A stretch of 51,542 nt of DNA from a virus (taxonomy: Duplodnaviria > Caudoviricetes): positions 1-51,542 of IMG/VR virus record IMGVR_UViG_3300036773_000035; one strand, written 5' to 3'. The notes beneath the pieces were generated by a model. It saw nothing but the letters and a program-made list of their open reading frames with translations, ran no database searches and was not told the origin of the DNA. The position numbers and the translations under genes are program-made. Shown here one piece after another: positions 33,579 through 41,206 of this stretch (position 1 is the first letter of the stretch; each line of letters opens with the position of its first letter).

Positions 33579-33962
33579 CTACAGGTGCTCCCTTCGAATG
33601 TGCGCGTAGCAGTGTGCTAGCGCGTCTGTAGCGTGCACGGGGTAGCCGTGGGCCTTCGCTTGCATCAGGCCCGCCAGTCGCTTCTGCGGTACCCGGTATT
33701 GCACAGGGAGAGCATGCAACTCCCCTGCCCAGTACAGGAACCCTGCCAGCTTGGCGGTGTACAACCCGTCGCTACTCTGTACACCGCCTCCGACGTAGTC
33801 CTCGATGAGGATGATCTGCGCGAGTCGTTCCCACTCCCGCATCCACTCGAAGGCTTTGATGGGGCTGGTCTGCTGACCGGCCCACACATGTCTCTCCGGT
33901 GAGGAGAGGTCGACCCAGGCCAGACCGATGGTCCGACCTGGGTCCACACCGACAACGATCAC
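33579..33962 (-). CDS. ruvC: RuvC-like Holliday junction resolvase
   Basis: VGVDPG, ILIED and HATDA; GTG start overlaps the upstream stop. Confidence 0.8.
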   Translation of the reverse strand: MIVVGVDPGRTIGLAWVDLSSPERHVWAGQQTSPIKAFEWMREWERLAQIILIEDYVGGGVQSSDGLYTAKLAGFLYWAGELHALPVQYRVPQKRLAGLMQAKAHGYPVHATDALAHCYAHIRREHL

Positions 33963-34354
33963 CAGTTGAACGAGCCGTCGTCCTTGACGACCTTCGCGAT
34001 CTCGTTGTCCATCCGGTCGGCGTCCTTCCAGTGCGGCTTCTGCTTCAGCTCGAGCAGCACCGGCATGCCGATCAGCTCCTCGGGCTCGAACTCGAACTCG
34101 CCTTCCGGCACGTCGATCCCGAGGTTGACGAGGTCGCCCTTCAGCGCCCACAAAGCCTTCGGCGTGAGGGCGTAGTTCCGCCACTGCTTCCGACCGTTGT
34201 GCTCCGTGAGGTTGAAGGTGAACTCCAGCTTGGGGTTCCCCGCTTGGCTGACGCCCTGCTCGATCTTCTCGATGGTCGCCTTGTAGGTACCGGCGTCCAG
34301 CGGGTCGAAGTTGCCGCCGGCGTCCGATCCGGTGAAGTCGATCTGGATGGGCAT
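33959..34354 (-). CDS. Single-stranded DNA-binding protein (DUF669-like)
   Basis: FDPLDAGTY...SQAGNP...KALWAL...NEI; next to the Sak4-like gene. Confidence 0.75.
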   Translation of the reverse strand: MPIQIDFTGSDAGGNFDPLDAGTYKATIEKIEQGVSQAGNPKLEFTFNLTEHNGRKQWRNYALTPKALWALKGDLVNLGIDVPEGEFEFEPEELIGMPVLLELKQKPHWKDADRMDNEIAKVVKDDGSFNW

Positions 34355-34359
34355 ATCTC

Positions 34360-35115
34360 CTACTTCCCGAGGGTCTTGCGGTTCTTGAGCTGGCCGATGA
34401 TGCTGGTGAGGTCCGGGTTGTCGATCTCCAGATCGATCCGACCCGCACCCGTACGCGGCTGGTGGTGCTTCGCAGTCACCTTGGCCGTGTTGTGGAGCAG
34501 CAGCTTGCGTTCACCCTTGAGGCTCTGCCCCAGGTAACCGATGCTGTCGACTGCCTTCGAGACACCCTTGAGGCAGCCGGGCGTGAGGTCCATCCGGATC
34601 GTGATCGTTCCGGTGGATTCGTCCTTAATCTCCGCAGCGTGGACCGGGAACACGACGTTCGTTCCGGTCTTGCGTGCGTGGAGGCACCACTTCTCGACGA
34701 AGTCGATGACCATCTGGTTCGCCTGCCCGTACTCCGGCTGGCTGGGCTGCTGCGGTGTGGCGCTCTGCTTCATGACCTTCTTGAGCGCCATGGTCTGCAG
34801 CGATGACACCGTGTCCCAACAGATCGTCTCGAACCCGTGGTCCTTCGAGTGCAGCAGGAAGTTGCTGATCCCGTCGATGTCGTCCCAGCCAGCTTTGACC
34901 GGAGCGATCTGGACATCGTCACGATCGGACAGCGATCGAGCAGCCGTCCCATCCGCATCGATGACCAGCGGCTTCGGTCCGCTTGCAGCGAACGTGGTCT
35001 TCCCTGCGCCAGGGAACCCGAAGACGCACATGTTGACTCCCTGTGCATCCGCGACCTGTGACGCTGGCATCCACGGCACCGCCCGAGTAGCAGTAGCCTG
35101 GATAGCACCCGCCAT
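34360..35115 (-). CDS. AAA_24/Sak4-like ATPase (single-strand annealing recombinase)
   Basis: GFPGAGKT, IDADG, ICWDT, VDSIGY. Confidence 0.8.
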   Translation of the reverse strand: MAGAIQATATRAVPWMPASQVADAQGVNMCVFGFPGAGKTTFAASGPKPLVIDADGTAARSLSDRDDVQIAPVKAGWDDIDGISNFLLHSKDHGFETICWDTVSSLQTMALKKVMKQSATPQQPSQPEYGQANQMVIDFVEKWCLHARKTGTNVVFPVHAAEIKDESTGTITIRMDLTPGCLKGVSKAVDSIGYLGQSLKGERKLLLHNTAKVTAKHHQPRTGAGRIDLEIDNPDLTSIIGQLKNRKTLGK

Positions 35116-35144
35116 TGTAACCTCCTCTGTAGGTGGACAAGTTA

Positions 35145-35173
35145 ATTATATGATGATCTCCCGGGCCAATCAA
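35145..35173 (-). promoter_or_regulatory. Sigma-A-type promoter
   Basis: TTGATT-17 bp-TATAAT. Confidence 0.8.
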
Positions 35174-35225
35174 GGGCTAACCGAGAGGAATTATCGTTGT
35201 ACCATGCAAAACCGAGGGTACCGAT

Positions 35226-35294
35226 CCCGCCTGCAGATTTATGCCGGCCCGAATCGATCCCTCGGCTATGCAAGGGCTAGCGTGTGCTAACCGG
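35226..35294. repeat. 69-bp dispersed repeat, copy 2
   Basis: Matches 21171-21239. Confidence 0.75.
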
Positions 35295-36468
35295 TGGCAT
35301 TCTCGAACTGTTCACGCGAGAACGCGATCAGGTCGTCGAGCGAGTCGACCGTCGACGGCGATGCGGTGCTCTGCAGCGTCTGCTGCGTCCCGTACGTCCC
35401 GATGGTGTACGACTCGTTGGTCAGCCACGTGAGGTCCTGACCCTTGAGCTTCGCGTCGCAGAGCTCTCGGACGCTGCAGTCCCAGCAGCCCGTCCACGCG
35501 CGGTTGTACGTGATCGGCGGGTTGTGTGCCATCTGCCACAGCAGCTTGTGCGTGTTCTCGATCCACGCCTGAACCGCTGCAGGCCAGATGTCGAGGTAGT
35601 GCCGGACGAAGAAGACGTTGTTGTACTGATCCCGCTCCAGCAGCTGAGCGAGGTGTCCGGAGTAGTACGCGTCTGCCGGGTCCTCTCCGTTGTCCCTGAT
35701 CGCCTGCAGGTACGTGGCATGCGTCGTGTCGATCTTGGCCTTCGACAGGCGACCCTGTGTCGGACCCGCGCCCTTCAGGACCGCAGGGATGCCCGGCACC
35801 TTCTTGTTCACGCCGTTGTACAGGAAGTGGTCGACGGACTGTCCGGTCAGCATCTGCAGGCACGCGGAGTACCCCGTGAACTGGTGATCCAGCTGCAGGT
35901 CCCGCACGTCCGCCTTCTGGCTGAACGTCTTGTGGTCCGCAGCAACCAACGCACCGTGGTCTGTGAGGAACAGCGCATCGATGGTACCGACGAGCCACAC
36001 CTCGTCGTACTCGGTACCCTCCGCAATGTCCGGCCACGGAACGATGAACGTGATCTCGGACGCGATCGGCTTCAGCGCCGGGTGCTTGGTGTTCTTGCCG
36101 TACGTGTCCGTCGTCCCGTAGAAGGCGAAGTAGTTCCCGATCACACGTTCGCACAGAATGGCCGATTCCTCGAACGCTTCCCACTCCTGCGTCGACATCG
36201 GAGCACCCACACGACGCAGGTACTCCTCCGCGATCTCCTTCCGCATTCGCGCGATGTACTGCGCCAGTGCCACCTGTGCGTCCTGCCCCATGATCTGGGC
36301 TCCCAGGGCTGCGTGCATGGCAGAACCCATCCACAGCTCCTTCCGCGGTGCACCACGCTGGACGAGAGACTGCCGGTTCGCTGACTGGAAGTCCCACATC
36401 GTCTGGCAGCGCATGAACTCCTGGAGTTCCGTCACGCTCACCTTGAGGATCCGCTTGTCCGCGGTCAT
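35287..36468 (-). CDS. PD-(D/E)XK (Cas4/RecB-like) exonuclease
   Basis: SVTEL...C, GSAMH, GTID, DHKT, QFTGY and C-terminal CWDC...C. Confidence 0.85.
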   Translation of the reverse strand: MTADKRILKVSVTELQEFMRCQTMWDFQSANRQSLVQRGAPRKELWMGSAMHAALGAQIMGQDAQVALAQYIARMRKEIAEEYLRRVGAPMSTQEWEAFEESAILCERVIGNYFAFYGTTDTYGKNTKHPALKPIASEITFIVPWPDIAEGTEYDEVWLVGTIDALFLTDHGALVAADHKTFSQKADVRDLQLDHQFTGYSACLQMLTGQSVDHFLYNGVNKKVPGIPAVLKGAGPTQGRLSKAKIDTTHATYLQAIRDNGEDPADAYYSGHLAQLLERDQYNNVFFVRHYLDIWPAAVQAWIENTHKLLWQMAHNPPITYNRAWTGCWDCSVRELCDAKLKGQDLTWLTNESYTIGTYGTQQTLQSTASPSTVDSLDDLIAFSREQFENATG

Positions 36469-36617
36469 ACCGGACCTCCGTTCTTCTTGACGCACTTCGG
36501 ACACAGCGGTGCACTCAGTGGTGCACCACAACCCGGAAGCAGCAACTTGCCACACTTCGTCCACACGAACCCTTGCGAGGTCGTGTTCCGGTTGTTGATG
36601 TGCATCACCTTGCTCAC
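36465..36617 (-). CDS. Small Cys-rich protein
   Basis: H...C...CPKC; coupled overlaps. Confidence 0.5.
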   Translation of the reverse strand: MSKVMHINNRNTTSQGFVWTKCGKLLLPGCGAPLSAPLCPKCVKKNGGPV

Positions 36618-36835
36618 CGCTGCGCCCGCCGCTCTGCTCGGTTCAGTGCTGGCTCGATGAAGAAGTACGCGAGCCAGCTGCCCTTGGTGATGTCGAAGTC
36701 CTTGAGTGAACCACCGACACGGATGCGGGCCTTGCCACCGAACGACGCTCTCGCGTCCTCCAGTGCTTCGATCGCTTCCTCGATCGTCGGTTCGCCCTCG
36801 AACTCCAGCTTCTGGTTCTTCCCGACCCGCGGCAT
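36614..36835 (-). CDS. Hypothetical protein
   Basis: Coupled overlaps; plausible composition. Confidence 0.6.
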   Translation of the reverse strand: MPRVGKNQKLEFEGEPTIEEAIEALEDARASFGGKARIRVGGSLKDFDITKGSWLAYFFIEPALNRAERRAQR

Positions 36836-37221
36836 CAGAACCCACCCTTCACTGCCGCCGCAATGATCGCGCGCCTTTCCTCACACGCGCGGTGGTCGCG
36901 CCACATCGTCTGCGCGACGAACATGATCGGGACAGCCTGGAAGTGGTACGGCTCCAGGCAGACCCAGTTCCACTCCTTGAAGCGCTCGCGAGCGTGGACC
37001 TGCACGTCCGGCATCCCGTTGTCGATGCGACGTTGGATCTCCCGAAGGATCGCGGTCTGAACGGCGAGCCACACGGGCGGCAACGTCTCACCGGTCACTT
37101 CGGACTTGCCTGCATCCATGCGGTAGTACTCGCGCATGTCGACGGCCCAGGTGTCGTACCACTTCCCACCGGGCTTGAACCTCTCGACGCGGACGATCGC
37201 GTCATCCGTGCTGAACCCCAT
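36835..37221 (-). CDS. Hypothetical protein
   Basis: MGFSTDD...FKPGGKWYDT; start uncertain. Confidence 0.6.
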   Translation of the reverse strand: MGFSTDDAIVRVERFKPGGKWYDTWAVDMREYYRMDAGKSEVTGETLPPVWLAVQTAILREIQRRIDNGMPDVQVHARERFKEWNWVCLEPYHFQAVPIMFVAQTMWRDHRACEERRAIIAAAVKGGF

Positions 37222-37426
37222 CACTTGCCTCCGTCGTCGGCCCATCGAGCATGCACATCGTGCAGCTCTTCACCACTCCGGTGACCGGATCGGCCATCGG
37301 CTGCTTCGTCCACTTGCTGCACCTCGGGCAGAGGCTCCACCCGTTCGGCGGAACTGTCACTTCCCGAACGACCGCTGCCTTCAGCTTCGTCCGCAGGTAC
37401 TCCCGCAGAGGGATCAAACCGGCCAT
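37202..37426 (-). CDS. Zinc-ribbon protein
   Basis: CPRC...CTMC; GGGGAG RBS. Confidence 0.55.
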   Translation of the reverse strand: MAGLIPLREYLRTKLKAAVVREVTVPPNGWSLCPRCSKWTKQPMADPVTGVVKSCTMCMLDGPTTEASDGVQHG

Positions 37427-37764
37427 CAGCGATCTCCCCTACGAGTTCGACCCACAGCGGCTCGTCCGTGGCACCTTCGCGCTCGACTGTGGCAGCGAAC
37501 GACGTGCCGGTCCATCGACTTGGCACTACGCTTGCCTTTGCCGCAACCGGTGCAGTGCCAGCCTTGCTGGAGTGAGAACGGTTCTGTGGTGCTCCACGCT
37601 TCCTGGGCATCACTGACCCTGCTTCTTCGCACGGTCCGCCTCCCGGCGCTGACGGTCTGCCTGAGCCTTCTGCAGCTTCTTGACAACGTCGGCAAACACG
37701 CTACCGACTGGAACTGGCTCCGCCATACTGCACCTCCGTGTGGTCTGTTATCACCTACTAGTTA

Positions 37765-37793
37765 ATTATAGGTGACCTCACGTGAGGTTACAA
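37765..37793 (-). promoter_or_regulatory. Sigma-A-type promoter
   Basis: TTGTAA-17 bp-TATAAT; spacer contains the palindrome ACCTCACGTGAGGT. Confidence 0.75.
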
Positions 37794-39131
37794 GGGGGTA
37801 CCGTCGTAGAATTCTTCCAGGAGTGCACGTGCGTTCGAGCGACCGCGGTTCATGACCTGCGTGTGCTTCGACTTCTCTGGCCAGCCTTCAGTGATGAACC
37901 GACGCACCTGGACTTGCTCCGTCTGCCCACGGCGTACACAGCGCCCGATGACCTGCAGGTTGTCCTGGTGCAGGTCACCCTCCTCGAGGAACATGACCTG
38001 CTTACCCGCCTGGAGGTTGAGACCCTCCTTGCACGCTGCAACCGTGCCGACCAACACCGTTCGTGGGTTGCTATTGTACAGGTCCACCGCAGCTTGCTTC
38101 TGGTTGACGGTCTGGTCCCCGGTGATCATCGCTACTGGGCGCTTCGTACGCTCCGCGGTCTCCGCAACAGCCTTCGCTGTGGCTCGGTACCAGGCAACGG
38201 CAAACACACGCTCGTTGGGCACCTCCTCCCGCAGGCACTCGCTGAACGCTGCGAGCTTCGGCTTCTCCGCGGTAGGTGGCACGCTCGCTAGCTGAAGTGC
38301 CTTCTGGACCAACACGCCACCACTCTCGACGTCGATGGTCTCCATGTCTGGGTGCTCCAGCATGTACGTCTTGCGCGCATCGAGCATCATCCTGCGAACG
38401 GACTTCGGCACCTCGACCCAGATGTCCTTCGATGCGTAGTCGAGCGATGCAAGCTCCGGGATGTCCTTCTGCAGTCGACGAACGCTGTACCTGCTCAGCA
38501 GGTTCGAGAACTCCTCCGGGTCACGGACACCCATGACCTCCCGGTCCCACGGTGTCACGTTGATGTGGCACACCTGCTCGACGAAGTTCCAGTACGAGCG
38601 GAACGAGTCGCGATTGCACAGGTAGAGGAAGGGCCAGACGTCTCCCGCATCACGGACGATCGGTGTACCCGTCAGGAACCAGTAGCGGCTGTGCTTGTTC
38701 TTGCTGTCCGCGTTCTGGGTCGTGAACACCTTCTTGGTCCACTGCGAGTTCCGACCACGCAGACGGTGTGCCTCGTCGAACACGAGAGCTTGCCACCGTC
38801 GCTTCACGAGCTGTGGGTGTGTGTGCCATGCGTGGTAGCTGCACAGGATGATGTCCGCGTTCGAGTCGAGTGCTACGTTGCGGTCAACCTTCTCTCCCTG
38901 TGCGACCGCGACCTTGGCACCAGGAACCCACTTCTCCAACTCACGCTTCCAGTTCCCCATCAGGTACGCTGGTACCGTAACGAGGAACGGTGCTGTGCCG
39001 TTGTTCACCTTCTGCATCGCCTTGATGGCGGTAGGGGTCTTGCCGACACCCATCTCGTCAAAGCAGCCGAAGTGCTGGTTGTCCACCAGCTTGTCAACGG
39101 CTTCCTGTTGGTAGCTGCTCAGCTGGGGCAT
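37788..39131 (-). CDS. SNF2-family helicase
   Basis: YQQE, DEMGVGKT, DEAH, LTGTP, EGLNLQ, QVIGRCVRRGQ; GGAG RBS before ATG 39131. Confidence 0.9.
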   Translation of the reverse strand: MPQLSSYQQEAVDKLVDNQHFGCFDEMGVGKTPTAIKAMQKVNNGTAPFLVTVPAYLMGNWKRELEKWVPGAKVAVAQGEKVDRNVALDSNADIILCSYHAWHTHPQLVKRRWQALVFDEAHRLRGRNSQWTKKVFTTQNADSKNKHSRYWFLTGTPIVRDAGDVWPFLYLCNRDSFRSYWNFVEQVCHINVTPWDREVMGVRDPEEFSNLLSRYSVRRLQKDIPELASLDYASKDIWVEVPKSVRRMMLDARKTYMLEHPDMETIDVESGGVLVQKALQLASVPPTAEKPKLAAFSECLREEVPNERVFAVAWYRATAKAVAETAERTKRPVAMITGDQTVNQKQAAVDLYNSNPRTVLVGTVAACKEGLNLQAGKQVMFLEEGDLHQDNLQVIGRCVRRGQTEQVQVRRFITEGWPEKSKHTQVMNRGRSNARALLEEFYDGTPL

Positions 39132-39154
39132 TCGCTTCTCCGGGTTGACGGTTA

Positions 39155-39487
39155 GGAGGGTGGCCGGACTTGAACCGGAGGGCCTAGGACCCGACTCTGC
39201 AGCACGTCTCGACCACCGACCGGCCAGCGTTACCGGTGTACGGTCCCGAGCTATACCACTGGCACCCACTGTTGGGAGGCGGTACCCAGCTGCAGCATTG
39301 GAGTCGGGGTCCACTGCACTCGGGGGGAGACTGGGTACCGCTTCGGGTGGTAGGAGGACTCGAACCTCGGCCATGTGACGTTCCTCAACGCCACCGACCA
39401 CCTACCACTGCACGCTGATCAAGCAACGTACAGAGGCCTACCACCAGTTGGAAGAGCTGCTACACCGGGTAGAGCAGCTCACTCCAG
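39155..39487 (-). ncRNA. Structured non-coding RNA region with two tRNA-like elbows (not canonical tRNA)
   Basis: Two T-loops (GGTTCGAGTCC, GGTTCAAGTCC), two AGTGGTA D-loop-like motifs and several 8-11 bp stems. Confidence 0.65.
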
Positions 39488-39488
39488 G

Positions 39489-40055
39489 TCACGCCTCGGC
39501 GGGCGCGGCCTCCTTCTTGGCCGGCTCCACGTACACGGGGAGCGCGTCCTCGCTGACCACCTTCAGCGAAGTGTGGCGCACGTCGACCGGCTTCTGCTTG
39601 TCGGCGGGCAGTTCCTTGCCGTTCGCGTAGTGCGTACGCAGAACGGAGATGTACTGCACGTTCCGCTTGTCCTCGAAGCCGTCGACGCGACCGAACTGGC
39701 CCTTCCAGTCGGTCTTCTCGAACTGGACCAGCGCACCCTGCGGGAACTGCTCGTCCAGACGGACCTCGGGCTCCTTGGGAGCCTCCGGCGCCTGCTCGGT
39801 CACGGCGCCCTCGACGGCTTCCGTACCCTCCGCGGCCTTGACGTCCTCGACCGGCTGGTCGTTCCACTCCTGCGACATGTCGTTCTCCTCCTGGGCCGGA
39901 GTTTCCGGCTCGATCGTGACCCCGCCACTGACGAACTTGTCGTCGTGCGAGGGTTCCGGTGCGCTCGTGACAGGGAACGGCACGCCCGCTCCGCTGACCT
40001 CCACGTCTGCCTGCGTGTCCGCCTTCGCGGTCTTGCGCTTGCTGCGCAGTGCCAC
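39489..40055 (-). CDS. Hypothetical protein: acidic disordered N-terminus and SH3-like C-terminus
   Basis: FPQGALVQF...WKGQFGRV; second RBS and ATG at 39878. Confidence 0.65.
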   Translation of the reverse strand: MALRSKRKTAKADTQADVEVSGAGVPFPVTSAPEPSHDDKFVSGGVTIEPETPAQEENDMSQEWNDQPVEDVKAAEGTEAVEGAVTEQAPEAPKEPEVRLDEQFPQGALVQFEKTDWKGQFGRVDGFEDKRNVQYISVLRTHYANGKELPADKQKPVDVRHTSLKVVSEDALPVYVEPAKKEAAPAEA

Positions 40056-40092
40056 AACTGCTCCTCTGTCCGCTTGTGTGCCTGGTACTTAT

Positions 40093-40121
40093 AGTATATG
40101 ATGCCTGCCGGTAGGTTTCAA
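40093..40121 (-). promoter_or_regulatory. Sigma-A-type promoter
   Basis: TTGAAA-17 bp-TATACT. Confidence 0.8.
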
Positions 40122-40216
40122 GGGGTAAGCCACTGGAAATACGATGAAATACGCCGAGTTCGTTCCCGGGCGTGACACTAATGCTGTCCGGAGAAGAACT
40201 CGGCGTATACCGGGAA

Positions 40217-40393
40217 CTAGCGGGTGACAAGCGGGCGTTCCCGTGATCCCGTACACTTGACCGTCGTACGTGGATCGACGTGTGCCAGCAACCGGCCGTT
40301 CGCCTTCAGTGCGACACCCTGTCCGCACACGATGCAGGTGTACTGCTTGTTGGGATCCTCAGGATCGAACTCGACTCGGACCCTCCCGTTCAC
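40217..40393 (-). CDS. Small zinc-finger protein
   Basis: CIVC...H...CTGS; GTGA overlap. Confidence 0.55.
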   Translation of the reverse strand: MNGRVRVEFDPEDPNKQYTCIVCGQGVALKANGRLLAHVDPRTTVKCTGSRERPLVTR

Positions 40394-40626
40394 GAACGGT
40401 ACCCCAACGCTTCCCGGACCATCCCGATCACATCTCGCTGGGTCAACGCTTCGTGCAGGTGTTCCAGCCGTCCGACCCGGCAAGCCCACTCGACCTGCTT
40501 CAGCGCTTCCCGCGCGGTCTCCTCCGGCGTCTGGAGTCGGTGAGAACCCTTCCGAGCGGAGAGGATCGCGATGCACTCCTCCTTCATCGTCGGTGCCGGG
40601 GTCTTCCACGTTCCGGTCTCAGCCAT
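40390..40626 (-). CDS. Hypothetical protein
   Basis: 78-aa ORF in a coupled operon. Confidence 0.6.
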   Translation of the reverse strand: MAETGTWKTPAPTMKEECIAILSARKGSHRLQTPEETAREALKQVEWACRVGRLEHLHEALTQRDVIGMVREALGYRS

Positions 40627-40628
40627 CG

Positions 40629-40754
40629 CTACTTCCCTTCCAGCTTCCCGCGCAGCGGCGAACCCTTTGCGAGAAGGCCACCACTGGACGAACGGCTCGA
40701 CTTCGCCAGTGTGGCCTTCTTCTCCTTCTTCGCCTTACGGCCCTTACCGAACAT
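40629..40754 (-). CDS. Small Lys-rich basic peptide
   Basis: MFGKGRKAKKEKKATLAK... Confidence 0.5.
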   Translation of the reverse strand: MFGKGRKAKKEKKATLAKSSRSSSGGLLAKGSPLRGKLEGK

Positions 40755-40765
40755 CTTGGTTCCCT

Positions 40766-41032
40766 TCACCACTCGTCGCAACCGCACTTGCCGTTCGAGG
40801 ATCGCACCTGGTAGCACGTTCCGCACTGTCCGTTCTTGATCCACAGCCGCGTCCGGGCGGACTCGACATCCAACTCCGTCTCCGTCTGCTCGACGTTGAA
40901 CGCTCCTTTGCGGAAGTCCATCTCGTACCGTTCGTACGTCATCGACCCCTGGCCGCTGTCCTGGAACACCTGGTTCCACTGCTCCTTGGACATCGGCTGT
41001 GATCCACTGAAGTCGATCGTGATGGCTCCCAT
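40766..41032 (-). CDS. Hypothetical protein with C-terminal Cys cluster
   Basis: CGTC...CGC; first gene after the promoter. Confidence 0.6.
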   Translation of the reverse strand: MGAITIDFSGSQPMSKEQWNQVFQDSGQGSMTYERYEMDFRKGAFNVEQTETELDVESARTRLWIKNGQCGTCYQVRSSNGKCGCDEW

Positions 41033-41074
41033 TGCTAACCCCTTTGGCTGCGCTGCTTGTGCACCTACATATTT

Positions 41075-41103
41075 AGTATATGTGAGAACCCCTCAGTAAT
41101 CAA
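41075..41103 (-). promoter_or_regulatory. Sigma-A-type promoter
   Basis: TTGATT-17 bp-TATACT. Confidence 0.8.
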
Positions 41104-41206
41104 GTGGGCAACCACAGAACTTTTCGTGAATCTGCCTCGACTGGCGGCGTGAGCTTTATGTTGCCCACGTGTCGATCTCGACGTATTCCCGGAATTAACG
41201 AGTGGG

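Noticed and set aside
28260-35290. preQ1 riboswitch upstream of the que genes
   Set aside because: No recognisable preQ1 aptamer or A-rich tail in the short intergenic gaps; an Rfam scan would settle it
35287-36468. Cas4-like nuclease as evidence of a CRISPR system
   Set aside because: No array or other cas genes; its position beside the Sak4-like and SSB genes fits a standard phage recombination module
37426-37725. Ambiguous coding region: a short ORF after the promoter (MAEPVPVG...) then competing frames, one with CTGC...H...CH
   Set aside because: I could not choose a frame, and a sequencing indel is possible, so it was left unannotated
39132-39401. 90-aa N-terminal extension of the SNF2 helicase
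   Set aside because: It overlaps the structured RNA; helicase motifs begin at ATG 39131, which has an RBS
39346-39445. Canonical tRNA gene
   Set aside because: It has a T-loop and acceptor-like stem but no 7-nt anticodon loop and an oversized D region, so it is reported as a tRNA-like RNA instead
41065-41070. ATG-TAG minimal ORF after a promoter
   Set aside because: The ATG is only 4 nt from the -10 box and probably lies upstream of the transcription start
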